Positions 1 through 10,496 of a DNA stretch of 46,476 nucleotides are shown here, piece by piece (position 1 is the stretch's first letter; each line of letters starts with the position of its first letter). The notes under the pieces are model-generated. The model was not told the origin of the DNA, made no database searches, and saw nothing but the letters and a program-made list of their open reading frames with translations. The translations under genes were made by a program, and so were the position numbers. The stretch lies in assembly GCA_027292975.1 (NCBI GenBank), contig JAPUGG010000226.1:1-46476 (forward strand), read 5' to 3'. This DNA is from Alphaproteobacteria bacterium. Lineage in GTDB: Bacteria > Pseudomonadota > Alphaproteobacteria > SMXQ01.

Positions 1-360
1 CTTCCCTTCGCCGTTATGGCCGCGGTCGGGCGGCCGGACGTCGGCCTCCTGATCTTCACCATCAGCGCCGATAATCTGACGGGCGGGCTCGCGGGCTCTG
101 TCTTCATCGCCTATCTCTCGAGCCTCACCAGCGTCTCCTACACGGCGACGCAATACGCGCTCTTTTCCTCGCTGATGACGTTGCCAGGAAAACTGCTTGG
201 CGGGTTCACGGGAATCGTCGTCGAACAGGCGGGATACACCGACTTTTTCCTGTATGCGGCCGCGGCAGGCATCCCCGCGATTCTGCTCTCGTACTATCTT
301 TTGCGGGTCGCCGCGCCTGTGGAAACCGCCTCGCTGGCGGCGGGGCCAGAACCGCGTTGA
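1..360 (+). CDS. AmpG-family MFS permease, C-terminal fragment (5' end lies outside the window)
   Basis: Frame 1 is open from base 1 to the TGA at 358-360. The sequence is hydrophobic and helix-like. ...SYTATQYALFSSLMTLPGKLLGGFTG... resembles the C-terminal helices of AmpG-type muropeptide permeases. Confidence 0.55.
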   Translation, partial: LPFAVMAAVGRPDVGLLIFTISADNLTGGLAGSVFIAYLSSLTSVSYTATQYALFSSLMTLPGKLLGGFTGIVVEQAGYTDFFLYAAAAGIPAILLSYYLLRVAAPVETASLAAGPEPR

Positions 361-374
361 CGGCCTCTCCCGAC

Positions 375-1640
375 TTAAGTGAACACGCCCTTCAAGAAGA
401 AGAAAAAGAGCGCCGCCAGGGCGCCTCCCGCGGGGAGGGTCACCACCCAGGAGACGAAGATTTTCCCGACCACCCGGAGATCGAGTGCCGCGAAACCATG
501 GGCCAAGCCGACTCCCATGACCGCGCCGACGGCGATGTGGGTGGTCGATACCGGGATGGCGATCCGCGATGCCAAAACCACCGTCGCCGCCGCCGCCATG
601 GTGGCGCAGAATCCGCTGGTGGGCGTGAGTTGGGTGATCTTGGTGCCGATGGTTTGCATCACCCGGTAGCCGTAGGTCGCTAACCCGACCAGGATCCCGG
701 TGCCGCCCAGCAACAGCACCCATATCGGCACCGGCGAAGTCTGCGCCAGATCGCCACCCGATCGGACCAAAGCCAAAACCGCCGCCAGCGGCCCGATGCC
801 GTTGGCGACATCGTTGGAACCGTGAGCGAAGGCCATGGCGCAGGCGGTCAGGATCATCAAGGGCACGAAAACCTTCTCCACGCTGGCGAATTGGAAGTGC
901 CGGTCTGCCCCCTCATCCACGCGGACCCGTTTGATGAAAGTGCGCGCGGCCACGGCGACGGCCAATCCGATCACCGCCGCGGCCAGAAAACTCATGGGTA
1001 TGCTCAGGTTCAATTGCAGGTGCTTCAGCCCCTTGAACAGGGTCACCAGCGCCATGATGAAGCCGACCAGGAAGGCATAGACCGGGGCCCATCGCTGGGC
1101 GCTTTCGAAGGGCTTGTCGGTGTTCAGAATCAACCGGCGAATGCTCATCATCAAGGCAAAGGCGGCAAGGCCGCCAAGAAATGGGGAAATCACCCAGCTG
1201 GTGGCGATCAGGCCGATCTTGCCCCAGTTGACGGCGTCGAAGCCGATGCCGGCGATGGCGAAGCCGACCAGGGCGCCGACGATGGAATGGGTGGTCGATA
1301 CCGGCCATCCCCTGATCGACGCAAGCGCCAACCAGGTGCCCGCGGCCAGCAACGCCGCCAACATTCCGAAAACGAGGATTTCCGGGTTGTCGGCGATGGG
1401 GCCGGGGTCGATGATGCCCTTGCGGATCGTCTTGGTGACGTGGCCCCCGGCGAGGACCGCGCCCAGGAATTCGAAAATCGCCGCGATGATGATCGCCGTC
1501 CGCACCGTGATGGCGCCGGAACCGACCGAGGTGCCCAGCGCGTTGGCGACGTCGTTGGCGCCGATCCCCCAGGTCATGAACAGGCCGAAGATCACCGCCA
1601 AGGCGATCAGGGCGGCACCGTGCTCGGCGATGACGGTCAT
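375..1640 (-). CDS. Inorganic phosphate transporter, PiT family
   Basis: 421-aa ORF with two PiT signatures (GANDVANALG and GSNDVANGIG) and many hydrophobic helices. It lies 34 nt downstream of a DUF47 partner gene, the usual two-gene arrangement. Confidence 0.92.
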   Translation of the reverse strand: MTVIAEHGAALIALAVIFGLFMTWGIGANDVANALGTSVGSGAITVRTAIIIAAIFEFLGAVLAGGHVTKTIRKGIIDPGPIADNPEILVFGMLAALLAAGTWLALASIRGWPVSTTHSIVGALVGFAIAGIGFDAVNWGKIGLIATSWVISPFLGGLAAFALMMSIRRLILNTDKPFESAQRWAPVYAFLVGFIMALVTLFKGLKHLQLNLSIPMSFLAAAVIGLAVAVAARTFIKRVRVDEGADRHFQFASVEKVFVPLMILTACAMAFAHGSNDVANGIGPLAAVLALVRSGGDLAQTSPVPIWVLLLGGTGILVGLATYGYRVMQTIGTKITQLTPTSGFCATMAAAATVVLASRIAIPVSTTHIAVGAVMGVGLAHGFAALDLRVVGKIFVSWVVTLPAGGALAALFFFFLKGVFT

Positions 1641-1674
1641 GGCATCCGGTACCCCCGGCTGGACCGGAACAATG

Positions 1675-2355
1675 CTAATGCGCCACCAGCAGACGCAGCC
1701 GGTTTCCGACCTTTTCCGAATAGTTGGCGAGATCGCCCACCCAATGAATCAACCGGTGCCAAACCATCAAGGACACCGGGTCGATCTCGTTCTCGTGGGC
1801 GAAAAGTTGGCGCAGGACGGCCATGCCCTTCTGGTCGGTATCGGTCTCGATGCGGTTGAGTTCGCCGATCATCACCACGACGATTTCGGACTCGGGCCCG
1901 CGGAAGCCGGTTTCCACCAGCTCGTCCAGATGCTCCATGATCGCCGCCATCTGATTGCACGCGTCCAGGCAGCGTTGGGTCAGGTCCATCAGGGGCCCGC
2001 GAATCGAATCCAGGACCTTGGGGCGGCGCACCATGAGCATGCCGGCGATGTCCTGGGCGGTGTCGGCGATGGAATCCTGCAGATCGAGGATCTCCAGCAG
2101 GTCGCGTCGATCCACCGGCATGAAAAAGCTCTTGGGGAGATGCGAGCGAAGCTCGTTCTTGATCTGGTCCGCCCTGTTTTCTAGGACGAAAATCTCGTCC
2201 CGGATCTTTTTCATTTTCTCCATTTCGTCGTCGCACAGGGCCTCGAACAACCCCGGGACGTGGCCGGCGCACTGCACCACCACGCGCATGTGCGCCTGCA
2301 ACGGTTTGAAGGGCGATGGACCAAACAGATTCATTAAGGTATTGGATATCGGCAT
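1675..2355 (-). CDS. DUF47 / TIGR00153 PhoU-like protein, the usual partner of PiT transporters
   Basis: ORF 1675..2439 trimmed to ATG 2355, which has GGGAG 8 nt upstream and gives 226 aa, typical for the family. The helical PhoU-like sequence lies directly upstream of the PiT gene. GTG 2439 is the alternative start. Confidence 0.8.
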   Translation of the reverse strand: MPISNTLMNLFGPSPFKPLQAHMRVVVQCAGHVPGLFEALCDDEMEKMKKIRDEIFVLENRADQIKNELRSHLPKSFFMPVDRRDLLEILDLQDSIADTAQDIAGMLMVRRPKVLDSIRGPLMDLTQRCLDACNQMAAIMEHLDELVETGFRGPESEIVVVMIGELNRIETDTDQKGMAVLRQLFAHENEIDPVSLMVWHRLIHWVGDLANYSEKVGNRLRLLVAH

Positions 2356-2544
2356 CGGACGACTCCCTGGCTGCATCCCCGGTGCGAACTTTTCCATATG
2401 AACCGCGGGGACTGTCACTAAGCAGAACCTTAACACCACTTTCCCGGTGGTGCGCTAGAGCATTATCCGGCCAAACGGCCGAGGAAAGCCGCCAGCCCAA
2501 TCATCGGGATCCGGTGCGTTTGCCGCCCCCGCCCATGGGCGCGC

Positions 2545-4818
2545 TCAGCGCTGGCGCAGGGTCTCGTGGGCGGCCAGCGACGCCATGGTGACGATCTCCG
2601 ATACCGTCGCGCCCATGGGCACGATCTGGGCCGGCTTCTCCAGGCCCAGCAGCAACGGTCCGATCACCGTGCCGCCGCCCAGTTCCTGCATCAGTTTGGC
2701 CGAGATGTTGGCGGGGTCCAACGCCGGCATGATCAGCACGTTGGCCGGCCCCGACAGGCGGCAGAACGGATAATGCTCTCCCAGCAACTCGGTGTTCAGC
2801 GCCACGTCGGCCGCCATCTCGCCATCGTATTCGAAATCCACCTTGCGGCTGTCGAGCATGTCCACCGCCTCGCGGATGCGCTTGCCTTTTTCGCGCAGGG
2901 GATCGCCGAAGGTCGAGAACGACAAAAGGGCGACCCGGGGCGTATGCCCCATCTGGCGCGCCTTGGCTGCGGCCTGGATGGCGATATCGGCGAGTTCCTC
3001 GGGAACCGGAACCTCGTGGACCATGGTATCGGCGATAAAGACCGTGCGGCCGCGGGCCACCAGCATGGTCAGGCCGAACGGGATCTCGCCCTCGCGGGTA
3101 TCGATCACCCGGCGGATATCATTGAGACAGACGAAAGACGACCGCGTGAGCCCGGTCACCATGGCGTCGGCGTCGCCATGGGTTACCATGCAGGCGGCGA
3201 AGGTGTTGCGGTCCTGGTTCACCAGGCGCTGGCAATCGCGATAAAGCGCGCCGCGCCGCTGCATGCGGCCATAAAGGGTGTTGGTATACTCGGCATTGCG
3301 CGATGACAGGCGGGCATTGGTGATTTCGAACTCGTCGGGATTGGCGATGCCGACCCGTTCCATTGTTTCGATGATGCGGTTCTTGACGCCGACCAGAACC
3401 GGCGTCCCGTAGCCCGCTTTCTTGAAGGCGGCCGCCGCGCGAACGGCTTTTTCCTCCTCGCCTTCGGCGAACACCACGCGGCGCGGGTTGGCGCGCACTT
3501 CCCGGGAAATGAGATGAAGGGCGTCGGCGGTGGGATCGAGCCGGCGCGACAGTATGGCCTTGTATTCTGTGGTGTCCTCGATTTTCAGGGCGGCGACGCC
3601 GGTTTCCATGGCCGCCTTGGCGACCGCCGGCGGCACCGCCGAGATCAGCCGGGGATCGAATGGCACCGGAATGATGTATTCTGGCCCATAGCGCATCCGC
3701 GCGCCCTGGTAGGCGGTGGAAACCTCGTCGGGGACGTCCTCGCGGGCCAACAGGGCGAGCGCTTCCGCCGCCGCCATCTTCATCTCGTCGTTGATGGCCC
3801 GGGCCCGGACATCCAGGGTGCCCCTGAAGATATAGGGGAAGCCCAACACGTTGTTGACCTGATTGGGATAATCGGACCGGCCGGTGGCGACGATGGCGTC
3901 GGTGCGGACTTCGGCGACATCCTCGGGGGTGATTTCGGGGTCGGGATTGGCCATGGCGAAGACGATGGGTTTTTTGGCCATGGATTTGATCATCGATTGG
4001 TCCACCGCACCTTTCACGGAAAGGCCGAAGAAGACGTCGGCCCCCTTCATGGCCTGGGCCAAGGTCCGCGCCTTGGTCTTGATCGCGTGGGCCGATTTCC
4101 ACTGGTTCATGCGCTCTTCGCGGCCTTGATAGATGACGCCCACGGTGTCGCACATGGTGACGTTGTCGTCGCCGACACCCATCCGTTTGGCAAGTTCGAC
4201 GCAGGCGATGGCGCCGGCCCCGGCGCCGTTGACCACCATCTTAATGTCCTTGATGTTCCGCCCGGTAATGTCCAACGCATTGAGCAGCCCGGCGGCGGCG
4301 ATGATGGCGGTGCCGTGCTGATCGTCATGGAAGATCGGGATATCCATGATTTCCCTGAGGCGCTGCTCGATGATGAAGCATTCCGGCGCCTTGATGTCTT
4401 CCAAGTTGATGCCGGCGAAGGACGGGCCGAGATGACGGACGCAGTCGACGAACTCGTCGACGTCCTCGGTCCCCAACTCGAGGTTGATGGCGTCGATATC
4501 GGCGAAACGCTTGAACAGGACCGACTTGCCCTCCATCACCGGCTTCGAGGCCAGGGCGCCCAAATTGCCGAGCCCGAGAACTGCCGTACCGTTGGTTATA
4601 ATCGCCACCAAATTGCCGCGCACCGTATAGTCGTAGGCCTTGGCCGGATCGTCGGCGATGGCGAGACAGGGCGCGGCGACGCCGGGGGAATAGGCGAGGG
4701 CCAGGTCGTGTTGCGTGACCAGCGGCTTGGTGGGCGCGATTTCGATCTTCCCGGGGCGGCCCATGGCATGGAAGGCCAGGGCCTCTTGGTCCAGCTCCCG
4801 ATCGGAATTGTTGGCCAT
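2545..4818 (-). CDS. maeB: NADP-dependent malic enzyme (malic enzyme domain fused to a phosphotransacetylase-like domain)
   Basis: 757 aa. The N-terminal half has malic-enzyme features (GNLGALASKPVMEGK, NGAGAGAIA Rossmann loop). The C-terminal ~330 aa is PTA-like. Length and architecture match MaeB. Confidence 0.95.
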   Translation of the reverse strand: MANNSDRELDQEALAFHAMGRPGKIEIAPTKPLVTQHDLALAYSPGVAAPCLAIADDPAKAYDYTVRGNLVAIITNGTAVLGLGNLGALASKPVMEGKSVLFKRFADIDAINLELGTEDVDEFVDCVRHLGPSFAGINLEDIKAPECFIIEQRLREIMDIPIFHDDQHGTAIIAAAGLLNALDITGRNIKDIKMVVNGAGAGAIACVELAKRMGVGDDNVTMCDTVGVIYQGREERMNQWKSAHAIKTKARTLAQAMKGADVFFGLSVKGAVDQSMIKSMAKKPIVFAMANPDPEITPEDVAEVRTDAIVATGRSDYPNQVNNVLGFPYIFRGTLDVRARAINDEMKMAAAEALALLAREDVPDEVSTAYQGARMRYGPEYIIPVPFDPRLISAVPPAVAKAAMETGVAALKIEDTTEYKAILSRRLDPTADALHLISREVRANPRRVVFAEGEEEKAVRAAAAFKKAGYGTPVLVGVKNRIIETMERVGIANPDEFEITNARLSSRNAEYTNTLYGRMQRRGALYRDCQRLVNQDRNTFAACMVTHGDADAMVTGLTRSSFVCLNDIRRVIDTREGEIPFGLTMLVARGRTVFIADTMVHEVPVPEELADIAIQAAAKARQMGHTPRVALLSFSTFGDPLREKGKRIREAVDMLDSRKVDFEYDGEMAADVALNTELLGEHYPFCRLSGPANVLIMPALDPANISAKLMQELGGGTVIGPLLLGLEKPAQIVPMGATVSEIVTMASLAAHETLRQR

Positions 4819-5158
4819 GACGGATTTCCCTGATGCGGTTCTATTTGACTCGGCGGTGGTGCTGGCGGTCTTGCGGCCGCCGGTGCCGGTGATGGTAACG
4901 CCGGCGGCGGCAAAAACTGTGGAAACTTACCCGGTTTTCCCCACTTGCCAAGCCCATAGTCGCCCCCGGGCTTAAATCCACGAATTTGTGAAGATCCCGG
5001 GAAGTGCGGAATTTCCCACCAGGGGGGCGATCAACCGGTCTGTTTCGACCGCCCCTTCAGTCTCCGTCGGAAGCTGTGATAAGCTAGCCGGACGGTGATT
5101 GCCGGCGCCGAGTACCGTGGCATCGGCGCGGCGATCCAACGGCGGGAGGCACTGATCC

Positions 5159-7987
5159 TTGTCCCACCAGGAGGCCCCGACCCCAGGCGCGAAAGAGGCG
5201 AAAAAACCCCCGGCGGGCGGCGCCAACGCCCGCGCGACGCCGATGATGACCCAGTACCTGCGCATCAAGGCGGCGCATCCCGACGGCCTCCTGTTTTACC
5301 GCATGGGGGATTTTTACGAGCTCTTCTTCGATGACGCCGTCGCCGCCGCGGGGGCGCTGGACATTGCCCTGACCCATCGCGGCAAGCATCTGGGCCGCGA
5401 CATCCCCATGTGCGGAGTGCCGGTCCATTCCGCCGATAGCTATCTCGCGCGCTTGATCAGACAAGGTTTCAAGGTCGCCGTCTGCGACCAGATGGAGAAC
5501 CCGGCGGAGGCCAAGAAGCGGGGCGCCAAGGCGGTCGTCGCCCGAGAGGTGGTGCGGCTGATCACCCCCGGTACGTTGACCGAGGAAGCGCTGCTTGACG
5601 CCAAGCGCAATAATTTTCTCGCCGCCCTGGCCGAAGCCCAAGGGGCGCTGGGGCTTGCCTGGCTCGACATTTCCACGGGGGAATTTTTTGCCCAGCCGGT
5701 GACCCTGGCGGGGCTTCCAGCCGCCCTCGCCCGGGTGGAGCCGGGCGAATTGCTGCTGTCCGATCGACTCTCCGCGAAGCCCGAACTCTTGGCCGTCATT
5801 GAACAGCTCGGCGACCAGGCCGGCACCACCGTCACCGCCCAGCCCGCAAGCCTGTTCGATTCCGCCAATGGGGTGCGCCGCCTGGAAAAGCTGTTCGGGG
5901 TTGCATCGCTGGACGGGTTCGGCCGCTTCACCCGCCCCGAGCTGGCCGCCGCCGGGGCCCTGGTGAACTACGTCGAGTTGACCCAGAAGGGGAGCTTGCC
6001 GCGCATCGACCCGCCCCGGCGTATGGACGCCGGCGAGGCCATGGAAATCGATGCCCAGACGCGGCGCAACCTGGAGCTGACCGAGGCCATCGGCGGCGGC
6101 CGTGGGGGCAGCCTGCTCGAGGTCATCGACCGCACCTTGACCGGCGCCGGCGGGCGGCTGGTGACGGCGCTGCTGGCCGCCCCCTTGACCGACCCGGACG
6201 CCATCAACCGCCGGCTCGACGCCGTTGCCTGGTTGGTGGACGACGAAGACGGCCTGCGCGGCCCGAGCGTCGTCATCGCCAAGGCGCTCGACGGGCTGCC
6301 CGACGTGGAACGCGCACTGGCACGGCTCAGCCTCGGCCGGGGCGGTCCCCGCGACCTCGCCGCAATCCGCGATGGCTTGCGGGGCGCCCATGGCCTCAAG
6401 GCGGCCCTCGCCAAGGATGGCGCGCGCATGCTCGCGCCGCCGCCGCCGCTGGTCGGCCAATGGATCGGCGACCTCGGCGATCATGGCGCGCTCATCGATC
6501 TCTTGGACAAGGCCCTGGCGGCGGATTTACCGCTGCTCACCCGGGACGGCGGGTTGGTCGCCGCCGGGTTCGATGCCGTGCTCGATGAATCCCGCGCTCT
6601 TCGCGATGAGTCCCGGCGGCTGATCGCCAATCTGGAAAGCCGCTACCGGTCGTGTTCGGGGATCAACAACCTGCGCATCCGCCACAACAACGTGCTCGGC
6701 TATTTCATCGAAGTCCGCGCCAGCCAGGCCGACCGGCTCGGCGGCGCAAAAGGCCCGGACGGCGAGGAGCATTTCTTCCACCACCGCCAGACCCTGGCTT
6801 CCGCGGTCCGTTTCAACACCGAGGAACTGGTGGATCTGGAAACCCGCATCGCCCGCTCATCGGACCGGGCGCTGGCCCTCGAGCTGGAAATCTTCGACCG
6901 CCTTGCGGGCGCGGTGAAGGATAGTGCCGAGCCAATCGCGCTAGCCGCGAAGGCGTTGGCTTGGCTGGACGTGGCGGCGGGTTTCGCCGCGCTGGCGCGC
7001 GAGGGCGCCTATTGTCGGCCCCGGGTCGACGGCACCCTCGCCTTTAACGTCAAGGGCGGCCGTCACCCGGTGGTGGAGCAGGTCCTGCGCCGGGCCGGGG
7101 CGGCCGCATTCATGCCCAACGATTGCGACCTCACCGACCAGGGCGGCGGCCCGCGCGCGCCGCCCGAGGCCGATGACGGGGAGGATTCCGGGGCCGACCG
7201 CCGCGCCGGCCGGCTGTGGCTGGTGACCGGGCCCAACATGGCCGGCAAGTCCACCTTCCTGCGCCAGAACGCCCTGATCGCCATCCTCGCCCAGATCGGC
7301 TGCTTCGTGCCCGCCGAGGCCGCCCATATCGGCGTGGTCGACCGCCTGTTCAGCCGCGTCGGCGCGGCCGACGACCTGGCCCGGGGCCGCTCCACCTTCA
7401 TGGTGGAAATGGTGGAAACCGCCGCGATCCTCCATCAGGCGGGGGCGCGCGCGCTGGTGATCCTCGACGAAATCGGCCGCGGCACCGCCACCTTCGACGG
7501 GCTGTCGCTGGCCTGGGCCATCATCGAACACCTGCACGATGTCAACGCCTGCCGCGGCCTGTTTGCGACCCATTACCACGAATTGACTCAGCTTTCCGCA
7601 CGCCTAGACGAGCTGTCCAATCACGCCATGGGGGTCAAGGAATGGAAGGGAGAGGTGGTGTTCCTCCATACCGTGGGCCCGGGCACGGCGGATCGTTCCT
7701 ACGGCATTCACGTCGCCCGCCTGGCGGGCCTTCCCACCGCGGCGCTCGACCGGGCGGAAGAGGTGCTCTGCGCCATCGAACAGGGCGAAAAGGCCGACGC
7801 GGTCTCCCGCCTGGCCGACGACCTGCCGCTGTTCGCGGCCGCGCCGACGACGCGGCGGGGGCCGAGCGCGCTGGAACAGGCCCTAGACGAGGTCCATCCC
7901 GACCAACTCACTCCGCGCCAAGCCTTGGAGCTCCTCTACAGGCTGAAAGGCGTCGCCACGGGGGATGGGGACGACGGCGAAGGGTAG
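5159..7987 (+). CDS. mutS: DNA mismatch repair protein MutS
   Basis: 942 aa. [11 protein letters not shown] mismatch-binding N-terminus, Walker [10 protein letters not shown], and STFMVEM and DEIGRGT motifs. TTG start with GGGAGG 9 nt upstream. The exact start is uncertain. Confidence 0.95.
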   Translation: MSHQEAPTPGAKEAKKPPAGGANARATPMMTQYLRIKAAHPDGLLFYRMGDFYELFFDDAVAAAGALDIALTHRGKHLGRDIPMCGVPVHSADSYLARLIRQGFKVAVCDQMENPAEAKKRGAKAVVAREVVRLITPGTLTEEALLDAKRNNFLAALAEAQGALGLAWLDISTGEFFAQPVTLAGLPAALARVEPGELLLSDRLSAKPELLAVIEQLGDQAGTTVTAQPASLFDSANGVRRLEKLFGVASLDGFGRFTRPELAAAGALVNYVELTQKGSLPRIDPPRRMDAGEAMEIDAQTRRNLELTEAIGGGRGGSLLEVIDRTLTGAGGRLVTALLAAPLTDPDAINRRLDAVAWLVDDEDGLRGPSVVIAKALDGLPDVERALARLSLGRGGPRDLAAIRDGLRGAHGLKAALAKDGARMLAPPPPLVGQWIGDLGDHGALIDLLDKALAADLPLLTRDGGLVAAGFDAVLDESRALRDESRRLIANLESRYRSCSGINNLRIRHNNVLGYFIEVRASQADRLGGAKGPDGEEHFFHHRQTLASAVRFNTEELVDLETRIARSSDRALALELEIFDRLAGAVKDSAEPIALAAKALAWLDVAAGFAALAREGAYCRPRVDGTLAFNVKGGRHPVVEQVLRRAGAAAFMPNDCDLTDQGGGPRAPPEADDGEDSGADRRAGRLWLVTGPNMAGKSTFLRQNALIAILAQIGCFVPAEAAHIGVVDRLFSRVGAADDLARGRSTFMVEMVETAAILHQAGARALVILDEIGRGTATFDGLSLAWAIIEHLHDVNACRGLFATHYHELTQLSARLDELSNHAMGVKEWKGEVVFLHTVGPGTADRSYGIHVARLAGLPTAALDRAEEVLCAIEQGEKADAVSRLADDLPLFAAAPTTRRGPSALEQALDEVHPDQLTPRQALELLYRLKGVATGDGDDGEG

Positions 7988-7996
7988 GGTTCTTCC

Positions 7997-8836
7997 TCAG
8001 TCGAGCCGTCCTTCGGTTGGCGGGTTGAAAACCGGCGGTTCCTTCGCCGCTTCGGCCGCCAAGTTGGGGTCGTCGGCGCCGTGGTCCCATCGGTTGGCCA
8101 CGTAGCGCCCGCCGGTGAGGTCGTCGGAGAGATCGGAAAACAGCCAGACGATGGGCGCGCGCATGACCGAGGGTTCCACCAGTTGGCGGGTGGTAAAATA
8201 GGCCTCGGGCACGAACTTGGTCCGCGCCGCCCCGCCCGGGATCAGGGAATTGCAGGTCACGCCGTGGCCCGCCAGGTCGGCGGCGAATACCAGGGTTTCG
8301 GATTCGATGGCGCCCTTGGACGGGCCATAGGGGCTGTTGCCGCCGCGCTGCATGGTGCCGATGGAGGTGGTGACATTGACCAGCCGGCCCCAGCCCTGGT
8401 CCTTCAGGTGACCGACCGCGGCGCGGCACATGTGGTAGGTGCCGACCACGTTGACGCGGATCACCTGAGCCCAACGAAAGGGGTCGGCCTCGAAGAACTT
8501 GCAGTTGGTGTCCTCTGCGCCCGGCGCGATGACGTTGAGCTGGCCCAGGGCGGCGTTGTTGACGACCCCGTGCAGGGCGCCGAAGTTCTCCAGGGTCTCG
8601 GTGACGGCGCGTTGGCATTGGCCGTAATCAAGGATGTCGTAGGGCAGCGCCATCACCTTGTCGGCGCCGTGGTGAAAAGCGATCTCGTCCACGGTTTCCT
8701 TGAGCTCTTCGGCCTCGGGCGTCAGCAGCGCCGCCCGGCCGCCGGCCTCGATGATGGCTTCGCCCATCTCGCGGCCCATGCCGCGGCTGCCCCCGGTGAC
8801 GATGGCGACCCGGTCGTTGAGATGGAGTTCGCTCAT
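7997..8836 (-). CDS. SDR-family oxidoreductase (paralog 1 of a tandem pair)
   Basis: ORF trimmed to ATG 8836 (MSELHLNDRVAIVTGGSRGMG). TGGSRGMG dinucleotide-binding loop and YGPSK catalytic Y-x3-K. The start overlaps the upstream paralog's stop as ATGA. Confidence 0.88.
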   Translation of the reverse strand: MSELHLNDRVAIVTGGSRGMGREMGEAIIEAGGRAALLTPEAEELKETVDEIAFHHGADKVMALPYDILDYGQCQRAVTETLENFGALHGVVNNAALGQLNVIAPGAEDTNCKFFEADPFRWAQVIRVNVVGTYHMCRAAVGHLKDQGWGRLVNVTTSIGTMQRGGNSPYGPSKGAIESETLVFAADLAGHGVTCNSLIPGGAARTKFVPEAYFTTRQLVEPSVMRAPIVWLFSDLSDDLTGGRYVANRWDHGADDPNLAAEAAKEPPVFNPPTEGRLD

Positions 8837-9687
8837 GGGCCTTGTCTCTCGCCGAGGTTGGCCCGGGGCGGGGGCACCCGGTAGGCGGGGACGGTCATGG
8901 CCTTGGCCGCGGCCTCGCCCGCGTCGGCGGCGGCGTCCCAATAGCGCGCGTTGAACCGTTGGCCGTTATGGCCGTCGGAGAGATCCGACATCAGCCAGAC
9001 CATGGGCGAGCGCATGATTCCGGCATCCAGCAGCCGGGGGTTGGAATGCATCTTTTTCGGCACGAAAGCGGTGCGCACCGCGCCGCCAGGGATTATCGTG
9101 TTGCAGGTCACGCCTGTCCCCTCGAGGTCCTGGGCGAAGATCAGGGTCTCGGATTCGATCCCCGCCTTGGAACAGCCATAGGGGCTCCAATTGAGCCGAC
9201 CGTAGTTGGCCAGCGAGGTGGTGACGTTGACGATCCGTCCCCAGCCACGTCCGATCATCACCGGGGCCGCGGCCCGGGCCATGAAATAGGTGCCGATCAC
9301 GTTGACCTCGATCAGCCGCGCCCAGCGGGCCGGATCGGCGACCCAGAAATCCACGTGCTCGCATTCGGAAACGCTGGGCGCGACCTGGAGGGGACCGATG
9401 CCGGCATGGTTGACGAGGCCGTCGAGGCCGCCGAAGGCGGCGACGGTCTCGGCGACGGAGCGCATGCAGCCGTCGTAATCTGTTATGTCGGAAGCGAGCG
9501 CGATGACCCGACCGCCGCCATGGGCCGCGCCCAGTTCCGCCGCCGTGGCCTCGAGCTCGTCGGCCTCGGGGCTGAGCACAGCGACGCTGGCCCCCGCTGC
9601 CAGCAGCCCATCGGCCATTTCCCGGCCCATGCCGCGGCTGCCGCCGGTGACGATGATGGCGCGGCCGTCAAGGTTGATGTCGGACAC
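8833..9687 (-). CDS. SDR-family oxidoreductase (paralog 2 of a tandem pair)
   Basis: 284 aa. GTG start with GGGGGAG about 7 nt upstream. VTGGSRGMG loop and YGCSK catalytic motif. Roughly half the residues are identical to the downstream paralog, judged by eye. Confidence 0.88.
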   Translation of the reverse strand: MSDINLDGRAIIVTGGSRGMGREMADGLLAAGASVAVLSPEADELEATAAELGAAHGGGRVIALASDITDYDGCMRSVAETVAAFGGLDGLVNHAGIGPLQVAPSVSECEHVDFWVADPARWARLIEVNVIGTYFMARAAAPVMIGRGWGRIVNVTTSLANYGRLNWSPYGCSKAGIESETLIFAQDLEGTGVTCNTIIPGGAVRTAFVPKKMHSNPRLLDAGIMRSPMVWLMSDLSDGHNGQRFNARYWDAAADAGEAAAKAMTVPAYRVPPPRANLGERQGP

Positions 9688-9839
9688 GTTTTTCTCCCCC
9701 TTCGGGATGGCGTGATCCCTACCCTGTTATCGCGCCTGGGTGGCTCAGTATGAGCGGGTCCGTCCGCGAGTCACGGCCAAAATGCTGCAATTTGAGACAA
9801 ACCCGTGTTTTCCACCAAACGCTGTCCGGCGGGTCGATC

Positions 9840-10358
9840 TCAAGGGAGGACCGCCGGCGGCGCCCCGCCGGGAGCGTCCAACACCTGCTCGGCGCCGATC
9901 AGCCGTCTCAGGATTTTGAGCGCCCAGAGGTGATAATCATCGCCGGCGTGGGAGGCGCAGGAATCGGCCAGGACCACCGGCCGAAAGCCCGTCTCGAACA
10001 GGTCGAGGGCGGTTTTCAGGACGCAGTTGTCGGTGGCGATGCCGCAGATATGCACCTCTTGGGCGCCGATCAGCTCGAGGCGGGCACGAAACGCCGCATC
10101 GACGCAGGAATAGGTGGATTTCTCGATCATCGCTGCCCCCGCCGGCGGCTCGAAGGCGAGCGGCGTGTCGTCGCTGCCCGGCGCGAACCGGTGCCAATGG
10201 ATCAAACGTCGATGGGCCGAGCCTTCGAGGTTGATGAACCGGGTCACGATGACCCGGTCGTAGCGCCGCGCTAAATCCGCCACCCGTGCCGGGATATGCC
10301 GGGTTGCATCGTTGATGAAGCCCTTTTGAACGTCGATGATGAGCAGCGGTATGGTCAT
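9840..10358 (-). CDS. Isochorismatase-family cysteine hydrolase
   Basis: ORF trimmed to ATG 10358 (MTIPLLIIDVQKGF...). LIIDVQ N-terminal strand and ICGIATDNCV catalytic-Cys motif, both typical of isochorismatase-like hydrolases. Confidence 0.85.
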   Translation of the reverse strand: MTIPLLIIDVQKGFINDATRHIPARVADLARRYDRVIVTRFINLEGSAHRRLIHWHRFAPGSDDTPLAFEPPAGAAMIEKSTYSCVDAAFRARLELIGAQEVHICGIATDNCVLKTALDLFETGFRPVVLADSCASHAGDDYHLWALKILRRLIGAEQVLDAPGGAPPAVLP

Positions 10359-10496
10359 GTAAACCCTGGAATCCACGGAACCTTCGGCGTTTGGGCCCGG
10401 CATTGATCGGGCCCGGGACGCGGCCGCGCCATTTGTGTCATACTTCGGCCCCCTGTATAAGGCCTTTCACGGGCGCCCCGCCCGCCCCGCCGGACA

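Noticed and set aside
2412-2418. CTGTCAC, a 6/7 match to a Pho-box half-site, upstream of the DUF47/PiT operon.
   Set aside because: There is no second half-site at the required 11-nt periodicity, and a single heptamer match is not meaningful.
5084-6484. 466-aa ORF antisense to mutS. Similar long antisense or out-of-frame ORFs occur at 10626-11765, 11889-13205, 13909-14778, 26652-28193, 28343-29665, 30604-32217, 32882-34330, 36001-37596, 39124-40872, 42658-43617 and 43813-44763.
   Set aside because: Each lies fully inside a well-supported housekeeping gene on the other strand. Their translations are Arg/Gly/Pro/Ala-rich low complexity with no recognisable motifs. This is the expected stop-codon-poor antisense frame artefact of about 65% GC DNA.
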